Below are positions 56,016 to 64,000 of a DNA stretch of 64,000 nucleotides, piece after piece. A model generated the notes under the pieces. The model had not been told where the DNA came from, made no database searches, and saw only the letters and a list, made by a program, of their open reading frames with translations. A program made the position numbers and the translations under genes. The stretch is from IMG/VR virus record IMGVR_UViG_3300031867_000024, positions 1 through 64,000 of that record; one strand, 5' to 3'. Position 1 is the stretch's first letter; each line of letters starts with the position of its first letter. Source of the DNA: a virus. Lineage: Duplodnaviria > Caudoviricetes.

Positions 56016-56756
56016 ATGACGACACAGGACTTCATAAATACGTTTGACATATTCTTTAACAATCTGATGTCCAACAGGGCACCAGAGGTGAACGTGTACG
56101 AGAAGTCCGTGCTTCTTACTATCGCACAGGAGGAGATCGTCAAGCAGATCTATGAGAACAAGTTTGAGGGGGACGAGGAGAAGAGAAGATGTCTTGACGT
56201 TCTTCTTGTGCATAGTGAGGATGAGAACCTGATGACACCGAGTGACGTCATCATTGGTGATGGTTTCAGGCACTATGTCGCAGAGCTTCCGAGAGACCTG
56301 TGGTACATAGTGTTCGAGGGAGGGAGGTACGAGGATGACGCCACCTGCAAGGGCAGTGCGCTTATACCTGTCGTGCCTACTATTCACGACTACTATCACA
56401 GGGATTCGAGGAATCCGTTCAGGGGGCCGTCGGCGAACAGGATTCTGAGGCTTGAGAGACCACGAGGCAATGCCGTGGAGCTTGTCAGCAAGTATCCTAT
56501 GGCAGCCTACATACTCAGGTATGTGAGGAGACCGAAGCCAATACTTCTTGCGGACTTCTCAATGGGCGAGTTCAAGGGGCTTGACATACATATCAGGGGA
56601 AAGCAGTATACAGATGCCGTTCAGTGGATAGAGACTGAGGGGCAGTACTTGCCGAACTCCGATACCGAGTCTCCTTGCGAGCTGAACGACCTGCTCCACT
56701 ATGAGATAGTACAGAGGGCTGTCGAATATGCAATAGCAACTTACAAAGGACAATAA
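56016..56756 (+). CDS. tail ring/connector protein
   Basis: YEKSVLLTIAQEE...Y.RRPKPI...CEL..LLH.EIV.RAV. Confidence 0.7.
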   Translation: MTTQDFINTFDIFFNNLMSNRAPEVNVYEKSVLLTIAQEEIVKQIYENKFEGDEEKRRCLDVLLVHSEDENLMTPSDVIIGDGFRHYVAELPRDLWYIVFEGGRYEDDATCKGSALIPVVPTIHDYYHRDSRNPFRGPSANRILRLERPRGNAVELVSKYPMAAYILRYVRRPKPILLADFSMGEFKGLDIHIRGKQYTDAVQWIETEGQYLPNSDTESPCELNDLLHYEIVQRAVEYAIATYKGQ

Positions 56757-56775
56757 CAAATAAACACAAAAAGAT

Positions 56776-57996
56776 ATGGCAAATTTTTCTGTAAACAGAG
56801 TAAATCAGTTCTATGTCGTCAACAAGGTAGCTGCTGATGATGACAAGGATGCCAATGGTCATCTGAAGAAGGATGGCACGGTAAAGGCAGGAACGATTCT
56901 TCCAGTATACAATGCCACATATAACGATCTTCGGTTCGAGTATATGAGTCCAGGCGGCGTCATCACTACGGATAGGATCGAGCTTGACAAGATCATGTGG
57001 AACAAGAAGGTCGATGCTCTTGCTCCGTCGCAGGTTCGTCCGCTGAAGAAGGTCAAGTTGACATTCCTCGCAGATACGAACGTGCTTCCGAACGAGACGT
57101 ACACGGCAATCATGAATATCGGTCACTGGATTGGTATTGATGAGCGTGACAAGTATGTCATCGTTGCTTCTGTCTATGGTGGAGAGGTTACTGGTGCGGA
57201 GCTTAATCCTGGCGACGATCTTGGTGGCACGGAAGCTATCGAGGCAAAGCAGAAGAGTGAGCTTCTGTATCGTCTTGCAGTGTCGTTCGCACGCAATATG
57301 AGCAAGGATCCAATTCCACTGTTCGACATCTATCTCAGCACGGACGGAAGCGCATTGTCTGCTAAGGTTGAGGTTGGTGCAATCTCTCCGTCTGTAGAGG
57401 CAGCTGGTGCTGCAACGGCATATACGGCAGGCTATACGTCAATAATCTTCAAGGAGCGTATCGACGCAACGTATGAGAGGGGTATCGGTACTGACTACGA
57501 TCCGATTCGTCTTGAGCTCTCAGCCAAGAAGATCACGCAGAACAGTGCAGAGGTGAAGTGGGCTGCAATCGAGGACGTTACGCCAGTCCCAAGTCTAAAT
57601 GCTGACAACTCAAAGCCTGATAATTACGTAGCTCCTGCAAAGGCCTCTGTCTTTGGTGCTGGTGCGACAATGGCAAACGCCTCGTACTACGGCAACGGTC
57701 GTGTAGTAAGCGATATGGAGTACTTCTTCATGGGCGAGCGTGGAGATCAGGAGCGTCATGCACACTGGCCAAACTATGTCAAGACTGAGTATCTTGTAGA
57801 CAATCCAGACAGCACCATATTTGACATGCTGAACATCCACTTCTATCGCACTCTTCCGAACGAGGCTGTGCAGAAGAGCGAGAAGGACATCACGCTTGTA
57901 TTCCCTCACTTTGATGCAGGTGGCGACGATGCTGGTATCATGACTGCTCTCGTGTCCGCAGTCAGCACGGCGACGAGTGCCAAGTTAGCACTTTAG
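56776..57996 (+). CDS. auxiliary capsid-like structural protein
   Basis: MANFSVNRVNQFYV, DMEYFFMGERGD, VQKSEKDIT. Confidence 0.65.
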   Translation: MANFSVNRVNQFYVVNKVAADDDKDANGHLKKDGTVKAGTILPVYNATYNDLRFEYMSPGGVITTDRIELDKIMWNKKVDALAPSQVRPLKKVKLTFLADTNVLPNETYTAIMNIGHWIGIDERDKYVIVASVYGGEVTGAELNPGDDLGGTEAIEAKQKSELLYRLAVSFARNMSKDPIPLFDIYLSTDGSALSAKVEVGAISPSVEAAGAATAYTAGYTSIIFKERIDATYERGIGTDYDPIRLELSAKKITQNSAEVKWAAIEDVTPVPSLNADNSKPDNYVAPAKASVFGAGATMANASYYGNGRVVSDMEYFFMGERGDQERHAHWPNYVKTEYLVDNPDSTIFDMLNIHFYRTLPNEAVQKSEKDITLVFPHFDAGGDDAGIMTALVSAVSTATSAKLAL

Positions 57997-58027
57997 TAAC
58001 GAATTGTAAACAAAAGCGATAAGCATA

Positions 58028-58056
58028 AAAGGAGGCACGACAATGTGTCTCCTTTT
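58028..58056 (+). terminator. intrinsic terminator followed by a -7 promoter (58061-58068)
   Basis: AAAGGAGGCAC/GTGTCTCCTTT. Confidence 0.6.
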
Positions 58057-58084
58057 ATATTATTTTTGCTGAAAAGGTATTGAG

Positions 58085-58678
58085 ATGATACGTTTCAACG
58101 AGCTTGCTATATCGAACAACGGCAGGAACCTCATCATAGACGCTGAGGTAAGGGACATGCCGTACTACAAGAATGGCGACGACTTCACAGTGTTCATAGA
58201 CAAGATATATGTCGTGGTTGCTGGGCAGTATACAGACATGAGCGACGCTGAGAAACCAGACAATCATGTGTATGAGATTTCGATGGGTGACGACGAGGAG
58301 CTTCACAAGTATCGCACTGTTCTCACTGACAGGGAGGTGTGCGGACTTCATGATGAGCTCCTGTACGTCATAGTCAAGACGAAGGGCACGTTTGCTGACG
58401 GTACTCCATGCGGCATGGACGACGAGTACACTCTCGGTGCCGTGTACTGGGAGGGACCGATATACCACAAGTTCATGGACGACATCTGTGAGCTTGGCAA
58501 GAGGTGCGTTATACCACGTGACTTCATAGACACTCACTTGAGGCTTGTGGCACTTAAGGCTGCTATAGAGGCAGGGCAGTACGTTGCTGCTGCGAGGGTA
58601 TGGGACGAGTTCTTCAAGCACGGCAGGCACGAAGTCAATCACATAAGACCATCAAAAGGATGCGGATGTCATGGATAG
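58085..58678 (+). CDS. tail hub-like protein A
   Basis: MIRFNEL.I, TPCGMD, C-terminal GCGCHG; synteny. Confidence 0.6.
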   Translation: MIRFNELAISNNGRNLIIDAEVRDMPYYKNGDDFTVFIDKIYVVVAGQYTDMSDAEKPDNHVYEISMGDDEELHKYRTVLTDREVCGLHDELLYVIVKTKGTFADGTPCGMDDEYTLGAVYWEGPIYHKFMDDICELGKRCVIPRDFIDTHLRLVALKAAIEAGQYVAAARVWDEFFKHGRHEVNHIRPSKGCGCHG

Positions 58679-59069
58679 GTATGTATATGATGTCATAAAG
58701 CAGTACTACAAGGTTCTGTCGTACGTAGGGTACAAGAACGACGAAGAGGTGAAAAAGATACTCGCCCTGACATACATCTATGACATGACGCAACACGACA
58801 CTCACGGCTTTCTGAGACATGAGGACTACAAGCTGATAGAGAGGGCTCTGCTATGTCTAAACTGCGGATGCACTGTGCCGTTCCCGAGACTTTACGATCC
58901 GAAGGTCATAGAGAATCAGTGCCCTGACAGCTGGAGTGACGAGGAGAGGCAGAGAAGAGCTGATGCAGAGGAGACTGTTGTCGTGAAGAGACCAGAGGTC
59001 GTGGAGCACGTCGAGGTCATAACGCCTAAATACGATGACAGTACAGAGACACTTACACTAAGTTTATAA
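58671..59069 (+). CDS. tail hub-like protein B
   Basis: YYKVLSYVGY...EDYKLIERAL.CL; synteny. Confidence 0.6.
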   Translation: MDRYVYDVIKQYYKVLSYVGYKNDEEVKKILALTYIYDMTQHDTHGFLRHEDYKLIERALLCLNCGCTVPFPRLYDPKVIENQCPDSWSDEERQRRADAEETVVVKRPEVVEHVEVITPKYDDSTETLTLSL

Positions 59070-59073
59070 TACA

Positions 59074-59388
59074 ATGAGCAGACTTCATTTAGGAGACATA
59101 TCAGAGCTTGCGTACAGGGTTGGTGCACTGGAGGACGAGCAGGACTTCATAACTGAGAGGCAGAACAGGGCCATCGCCAAGCACAGGCAGCAGGACGGCA
59201 GGCTTGACAGGCTTGAGGACGAGCATGATATAGACCATCCAGAGTATGCGGAGGACGAGTATGGCGAGGTAAGGCCTATGCGTCACAGGAAGCACTGGGA
59301 GGGTAGAGGAAGGTACAGGTATGATCACGGTCTATGCTGTGGCGGCTATCACTGGAGGAAGAGGCCACGCAGATGGTATGACTGGTAA
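59074..59388 (+). CDS. hypothetical protein
   Basis: 104-aa ORF in operon. Confidence 0.55.
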   Translation: MSRLHLGDISELAYRVGALEDEQDFITERQNRAIAKHRQQDGRLDRLEDEHDIDHPEYAEDEYGEVRPMRHRKHWEGRGRYRYDHGLCCGGYHWRKRPRRWYDW

Positions 59389-59399
59389 ATGACGACATT

Positions 59400-59711
59400 A
59401 TGGGAAAGCGTAGAATAGGAGAACTGCTCAACAAGGCTATATATGTTGGCGACAGGAACCTCGTAGGATATAACGAGTACTATGCCACCATCGACGCTAA
59501 CAACAGGCATGTGACAGGTCTGTATTCAAGGGACAGGAGCTACGGCTCTGAGAGCGACATCAGCGGCTTTGCTCTCGCATACGGTGACAGGAGCAAGTCG
59601 AAGGATGTATGGAAGACTGGTTCTGGCGGTGAAGGTGGTAACGCATCTGTAACATACGAATCAGCATCTGAGAAACTTATATTCAATAACGTATCAATAA
59701 CAGTATCGTAA
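59400..59711 (+). CDS. hypothetical structural protein
   Basis: RRIG.L.NK.I..GDRNL motif. Confidence 0.55.
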   Translation: MGKRRIGELLNKAIYVGDRNLVGYNEYYATIDANNRHVTGLYSRDRSYGSESDISGFALAYGDRSKSKDVWKTGSGGEGGNASVTYESASEKLIFNNVSITVS

Positions 59712-59712
59712 T

Positions 59713-60888
59713 ATGGCAAAAAAACAAGTAGAAAATAAAGGTAATGGAGATAGTAATGGAGCTCCAAAACCACAAGACGGTAAAAATACTACTTCAACTA
59801 CTACGACACGAAGTGCTAAATCAGCATCTCAGACTAAATCTAAAGGTGTTGCAAGTGGTAAAACCACAACAACTACTACACAGCCTGAGCCACAGGGTGG
59901 GCAGGGTGTTGCACCTCAACCTCAAGGTAATGGAGCCTCGCAGCCCACGACAACACAGCAGACCACTATACAGGGAAGTCAAGGTCAAGCACCTCAGCAA
60001 CCTGCACAACAGCCACAAAATGGCACACAGCCTCAACAGGGACAGCAGCAGTCTCAAGGAAACGGACAGTCACAGACTCAACAACAGGCTAAAAGAGGAA
60101 ACGGTACAAGACAGAGAAATGGTGCTCCAAGAACAAGGACTGGAAGAGCAGGTAGAGGTGGAAGAGCTGAAGTTCCAGTAAAACAAGTTGGAGCAGTAGG
60201 CAAGATAGATAAAGTTAAAGACTGGTGGAACACTAAGCCTGACGGAACGAAGCCTGCATCTTATACAATGAACAAGTACTGGGAGCGAAGGATCGCAGAG
60301 GAGGAGGCTAAGAGAAGAGCTAACGCAGGTGCTGGTAAACCGCAGGCAGGACAACCAGCGGAGAAGCAAAAGCCTCAGTTCAACTGGCACAGGTCGAATC
60401 ATGCCAACATATCGAAGCTGCTCAATGGCGACGTGAACTCAATAAAGAAGCTACAGAAGGAGCTCAGAGTGAAGGAGGATGGCATATTCGGCATGCAGTC
60501 CGCTCCTGCCCTACAGAAGGTCATGAAGGAGCGTGGTCTCTATGACGGTCCTCTTGACGGAAAGATAGGAAATTTAACGAAGGCTGGCCCTGCAAAGATG
60601 ATGAACGGTGCATCGAACACTGGCGAGATACTGCACAGGTTTGTCAGTCAGAAGGGGAATGGTGCAGCTCCTGCTGCAATGGCCGAAACAGCACCAGAGA
60701 CTGAGCAGGTGGCACAGGATGAGCTTGCAAGACAGATAGCATCGCCTGAGAAGCTGCATGGGTTTAACCCAGAGTTCCCAGTAAGGAACGTCATGGATCC
60801 TGAGTACATGCAGCTACAGAGACGCAAGTTCGCACGTGGAGGTTACGTGTCATACAAGAAGACGAGGGACTATGAATACTATATTTGA
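59713..60888 (+). CDS. Q/T-rich low-complexity protein with peptidoglycan-binding domain, putative cargo
   Basis: KKLQKELRVKEDGIFG...GLYDGPLDGKIG; paralogous to 44585-45457. Confidence 0.7.
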   Translation: MAKKQVENKGNGDSNGAPKPQDGKNTTSTTTTRSAKSASQTKSKGVASGKTTTTTTQPEPQGGQGVAPQPQGNGASQPTTTQQTTIQGSQGQAPQQPAQQPQNGTQPQQGQQQSQGNGQSQTQQQAKRGNGTRQRNGAPRTRTGRAGRGGRAEVPVKQVGAVGKIDKVKDWWNTKPDGTKPASYTMNKYWERRIAEEEAKRRANAGAGKPQAGQPAEKQKPQFNWHRSNHANISKLLNGDVNSIKKLQKELRVKEDGIFGMQSAPALQKVMKERGLYDGPLDGKIGNLTKAGPAKMMNGASNTGEILHRFVSQKGNGAAPAAMAETAPETEQVAQDELARQIASPEKLHGFNPEFPVRNVMDPEYMQLQRRKFARGGYVSYKKTRDYEYYI

Positions 60889-60906
60889 TTGTTGTGGAAA
60901 GTGTGT

Positions 60907-60953
60907 GGCACTTGGCAATGTCGAGTATTGGGCATTGCTGAGTGCCTATTTTT
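60907..60953 (+). terminator. intrinsic terminator followed by a -7 promoter (60957-60964)
   Basis: GGCACTTGGCAATG/CATTGCTGAGTGCC + T tract. Confidence 0.6.
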
Positions 60954-60982
60954 CGTTATCTTTGTAGCTAAGAACAAGTGGT

Positions 60983-61720
60983 ATGAGCACATACAGGGAA
61001 GTTGTATATATGGTTCTTGACAAGCTCAAGCTGGCAGGTGACGACTCCTACTTCACAGAGGAGCATGTTATATTCATGCTTGACAAGGCAAGAGCATTCC
61101 TGCTGAAGAAGTATTACGAGACACAGAACAAGGAGCTTCCTGAGAGCGTCTATCAGACGATATGTATAGACCTTATGCCTCATGGGCTCATACAGGAGAT
61201 AGCATGCGAGACTGGCACGTGGCTCAGGAGCACCAAGAAGCTGCCAAACCTTATCAACGTCGGGAAGAGGAGTCTGTATCCTGAGAACTTCTTCGTAAGG
61301 GAGATAGAGTTCGTAAAGAAGGAGCGCATGAGGTATGTTGGCAACAACAGGTACATGCAAAGCATACTGTACGCCACCATCGACCCTGAGCACTATCTGT
61401 GGCTGAAGAGCGCAAATCCTCAGTTCCTGTATCTGAAGAGGGTGAAGCTGAACGCAGTGTTCGAGAACCCGAAGGATGCTGACGAGATGTCGTGTGATGG
61501 TGCGGAATGTGACGTTCTCGACATGGAGTTCCCTATGGAGGAGGCCTTCATAGAGACGATAATCGAGCAGGTGTCGCAGGAGCTCTACAACCCGACATTC
61601 ATGCCAGAGGACGAGGTGAACAACTCTAAGGACGACAGGGGGGATTCGCCAGTGCCGAAGCAGCAGCCGCAGAAGAAGGTAGCAACAGACACAGATAACA
61701 CAGAACAGCAGCAGTCATGA
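60983..61720 (+). CDS. tail ring protein
   Basis: TYREVVYMVLD.LK..GDDS.FTEEHVIF, AVFENP, P.DEVNNSKDD. Confidence 0.7.
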   Translation: MSTYREVVYMVLDKLKLAGDDSYFTEEHVIFMLDKARAFLLKKYYETQNKELPESVYQTICIDLMPHGLIQEIACETGTWLRSTKKLPNLINVGKRSLYPENFFVREIEFVKKERMRYVGNNRYMQSILYATIDPEHYLWLKSANPQFLYLKRVKLNAVFENPKDADEMSCDGAECDVLDMEFPMEEAFIETIIEQVSQELYNPTFMPEDEVNNSKDDRGDSPVPKQQPQKKVATDTDNTEQQQS

Positions 61721-62283
61721 TGATGGGAAAGTACGACAGGTCAAGACTTGTCACGGCAGGAAACAGGCAGATAGCAGAGATGCTTACCTCCACGAAGAAG
61801 GAGGCGAGACAGCTTGAGCCCATATTCGACACGATAACGGACGTGATATTCGACGAGCTCCTGAAGGGCGAGCTTGTCGAGCTACCGTACTCGATGGGCA
61901 TACTCCATATCAGAAAGAGGAGGAGGAGCATAAAAACTCAGGAGGACGGTACTGTCAAGGCAATAGGATACAACACGGACTGGGGTGCGACGAGGAAGCT
62001 ATGGAGGGAGGATCCGAAGGCACATGAGGAGAAGAGACTCGTGAAGGTGATAGACAGCAACCCTTACCAGTACAACCTCAAGCTGTTCAAGGGATGCCTC
62101 CAGCATAACATACCTATCATCCTGAAGTCCACCATGAATTTCAGAAAGGCACTAAACAGGGCGATAGTTGACAATCCTGACTTTGACGTGATAAGCACGC
62201 CGAACAGGCTTAGCGAAATGAGCAGGAGTAAAAAGGGAAAGTATGACAGAGCAGACGATAAGCATAAGGCAGATATTGGATGA
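61717..62283 (+). CDS. IHF/HU-like protein (crAss-type)
   Basis: ELLKGELVELPYSMG.L.IRK...DWGATRKLW. Confidence 0.65.
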   Translation: MMMGKYDRSRLVTAGNRQIAEMLTSTKKEARQLEPIFDTITDVIFDELLKGELVELPYSMGILHIRKRRRSIKTQEDGTVKAIGYNTDWGATRKLWREDPKAHEEKRLVKVIDSNPYQYNLKLFKGCLQHNIPIILKSTMNFRKALNRAIVDNPDFDVISTPNRLSEMSRSKKGKYDRADDKHKADIG

Positions 62284-62923
62284 CCTTCTAATTCATCCTC
62301 TACTCAAGGACATGACACTTGAGAAGGTAGTGAGGTACACTGTCAATTTCATGAGGATTCTCGGTTGTCCATTCATCTTCACGGAGAAGACATGCAAAAT
62401 AGAGATACGCAACCATAAGGCTGCGCTTCCATGCGACTACTATCAGATAGTACAGATGCGCACGGAGAAGGAAGTCGTGTATCAGCTTGCGCAGCACTCA
62501 TTTCATAGCGTGGACTACAGCGATGACATGACAGGGCCGACGTACAAGATACAGGGAGGTTTCATAATATCATCAGAGAGGGACGACGATGCGACTCTCG
62601 TGTACTCCGCTATATGCACGGACGAGGACGGGTTTCCAGTTCTTCCAGACAACAGCACATTCATACGTGCGCTTGAGCTGTTCATAAAGAAGGAGGAGCT
62701 TACAATACTATTTGAGCTTGGAAAGCTTAACTTGAACATACTAACTAATGCTCAGCAGGAGTACGCATTTGCCGTCGGTCAGGCCACGACTGAACAGAAC
62801 AAGATGACGATAGACAGGATGGAGAGTCTGCGCAACTCCATAACGACACTTGTAAGGAGGGCTACTCAGCACAAGCATGGCTACGAGTGGCTTGGTGCGC
62901 AGGAGGAGATTAAGATACACTAA
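62243..62923 (+). CDS. tail tubular/ring protein (P22 gp4-like position)
   Basis: ALPCD...TYKIQG..I...DEDGFP.LPDN..F.RALE. Confidence 0.7.
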   Translation: MTEQTISIRQILDDLLIHPLLKDMTLEKVVRYTVNFMRILGCPFIFTEKTCKIEIRNHKAALPCDYYQIVQMRTEKEVVYQLAQHSFHSVDYSDDMTGPTYKIQGGFIISSERDDDATLVYSAICTDEDGFPVLPDNSTFIRALELFIKKEELTILFELGKLNLNILTNAQQEYAFAVGQATTEQNKMTIDRMESLRNSITTLVRRATQHKHGYEWLGAQEEIKIH

Positions 62924-62924
62924 A

Positions 62925-64000
62925 ATGGGAAGACAGAGGAGTACTGTAGACGTAACGGGGATGAACAGGGATCTGGCACTTAGCAGGTTCGACCCTAAGT
63001 TCAGCTATGAGAACAAGAACATACGTGTCTCGGCAAGGGACGACGAGAGCACCATGTATGGCATAAGCAACGAAAAAGGTACTCTTCTTATCGAGGATGT
63101 CAATGTCTCTGGCACCATCGTAGGATCGTTCACTGTGAACGAGTTTGTAGGCTTCTTTTCCTATGATGACGACTACGACTACATCACTGTATACAAGAAG
63201 ACGGGCAGCACGGACTTCGACCTGTTCCTGTCATGGGAGGGTACAGGTCTCGACTTCGCATCGGTAGACACTTCGCAGCAGGAGATTGAGACAGTCGTAT
63301 ATGTAGAGGCTGCTAACAGCATAAGGGTGTATTGGGTGGATGGCGTTCACGAGCCTCGTGTCATTGATTTCAAGAGGCTCAACGAGAAATATGGCGTAAG
63401 TATCACGGAGAGCGACATAAAGGCTGACTACTTCTCGTTCCTTCCTAAGATTAGCATAGTTGACAGCTGGAATGTGAAGAAGAACTACAATGGCTACTTC
63501 TTCTCAGGCACCGTGCAGTTCGTCGTAACCGAAATCGTCAATGGCAACGAGAGCAACATCGTGTACTACTCTCCTCTGTACTACTGTAGCAATGACAACG
63601 AGAACATAGGCTTCGCTCCTGACAACCTCACAACTGGCAACTCTTTTGACATCAGCTTCAGCATAGAGGAGTCTTCAGATACGATAAGCCAGTACATGGT
63701 GTATGCGATACACAGGGCTGTCAAGGACGGCACTCCTCAGATATTCAGGAAGGACGTGGCGTATGCGCAGAGCGTGAGCGTCACCATGAGCGGTGACGAG
63801 GAGGCCGTGGAGAGCTCGTACCTGACGTTCAAGAACTCGATCGTAATGCACGGTGTGAGGACAATGGAGCAGAAGGATGGCACGCTCTTCATGGGCAACT
63901 GGAACACTGAGGACGAGAGACACGAGGACAGGACTGACATATCAGTAACATGCGAGAGACATAGGCATATAGACGACGGAGTGTTCAGCAAGGCTGGCTA
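62925..64000 (+). CDS. tail stabilisation / muzzle protein, partial (not in ORF track)
   Basis: MGRQRSTVDVTGMNRDLALSRFDPKFSYENKNIR... appears open to the window end; typical crAss GM.RD...S N-terminus. Confidence 0.75.
   Translation, partial: MGRQRSTVDVTGMNRDLALSRFDPKFSYENKNIRVSARDDESTMYGISNEKGTLLIEDVNVSGTIVGSFTVNEFVGFFSYDDDYDYITVYKKTGSTDFDLFLSWEGTGLDFASVDTSQQEIETVVYVEAANSIRVYWVDGVHEPRVIDFKRLNEKYGVSITESDIKADYFSFLPKISIVDSWNVKKNYNGYFFSGTVQFVVTEIVNGNESNIVYYSPLYYCSNDNENIGFAPDNLTTGNSFDISFSIEESSDTISQYMVYAIHRAVKDGTPQIFRKDVAYAQSVSVTMSGDEEAVESSYLTFKNSIVMHGVRTMEQKDGTLFMGNWNTEDERHEDRTDISVTCERHRHIDDGVFSKAG

Noticed and set aside
1-64000. Diversity-generating retroelement or retron
   Set aside because: No reverse transcriptase and no adenine-specific TR/VR pair seen in this window.
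1-64000. Stop-codon reassignment (known in some crAss-like phages)
   Set aside because: Long genes are intact under code 11, TAG and TGA both end genes at coupled junctions, and there is no suppressor tRNA.

Overview
This 64-kb window is part of a crAss-like (Crassvirales-type) phage of a Bacteroidota host, read with genetic code 11. Host assignment rests on the repeated TAnnTTTG -7 promoters. Positions 1-28.3 kb are a minus-strand early/middle arm encoding an RNA ligase, dUTPase, ThyX, a PD-(D/E)XK nuclease, an AAA_24 ATPase, an SSB-like protein, a KilA-N/ANT antirepressor and many small paralogous ORFs, with a plus-strand tyrosine integrase inside it. Positions 28.7-64 kb are the virion module: GroES-like protein, TerL, portal, fibre and lysis genes, scaffold, major capsid, ring/hub proteins, IHF-like protein and the start of the muzzle/stabilisation gene. 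A 12-kb minus-strand accessory block (40-52 kb) interrupts this module. The most striking signals are non-coding. (1) An RNA-processing island at 26.8-28.0 kb: a twister ribozyme followed about 50-75 nt later by a hammerhead ribozyme would together excise a 234-nt RNA with 5'-OH and 2',3'-cyclic-phosphate ends (circularisation-competent). They are followed by two tRNA 'top-half' mimics with no anticodon arm and a 135-nt pseudoknotted RNA that sit between the early genes. (2) A solitary type I-C CRISPR repeat + 31-nt pseudo-spacer + terminator at 42.7 kb (RNA anti-CRISPR-like), at the end of a unit that starts with an aberrant tRNA. All calls were made by eye from motifs and synteny; no database searches or folding programs were run.
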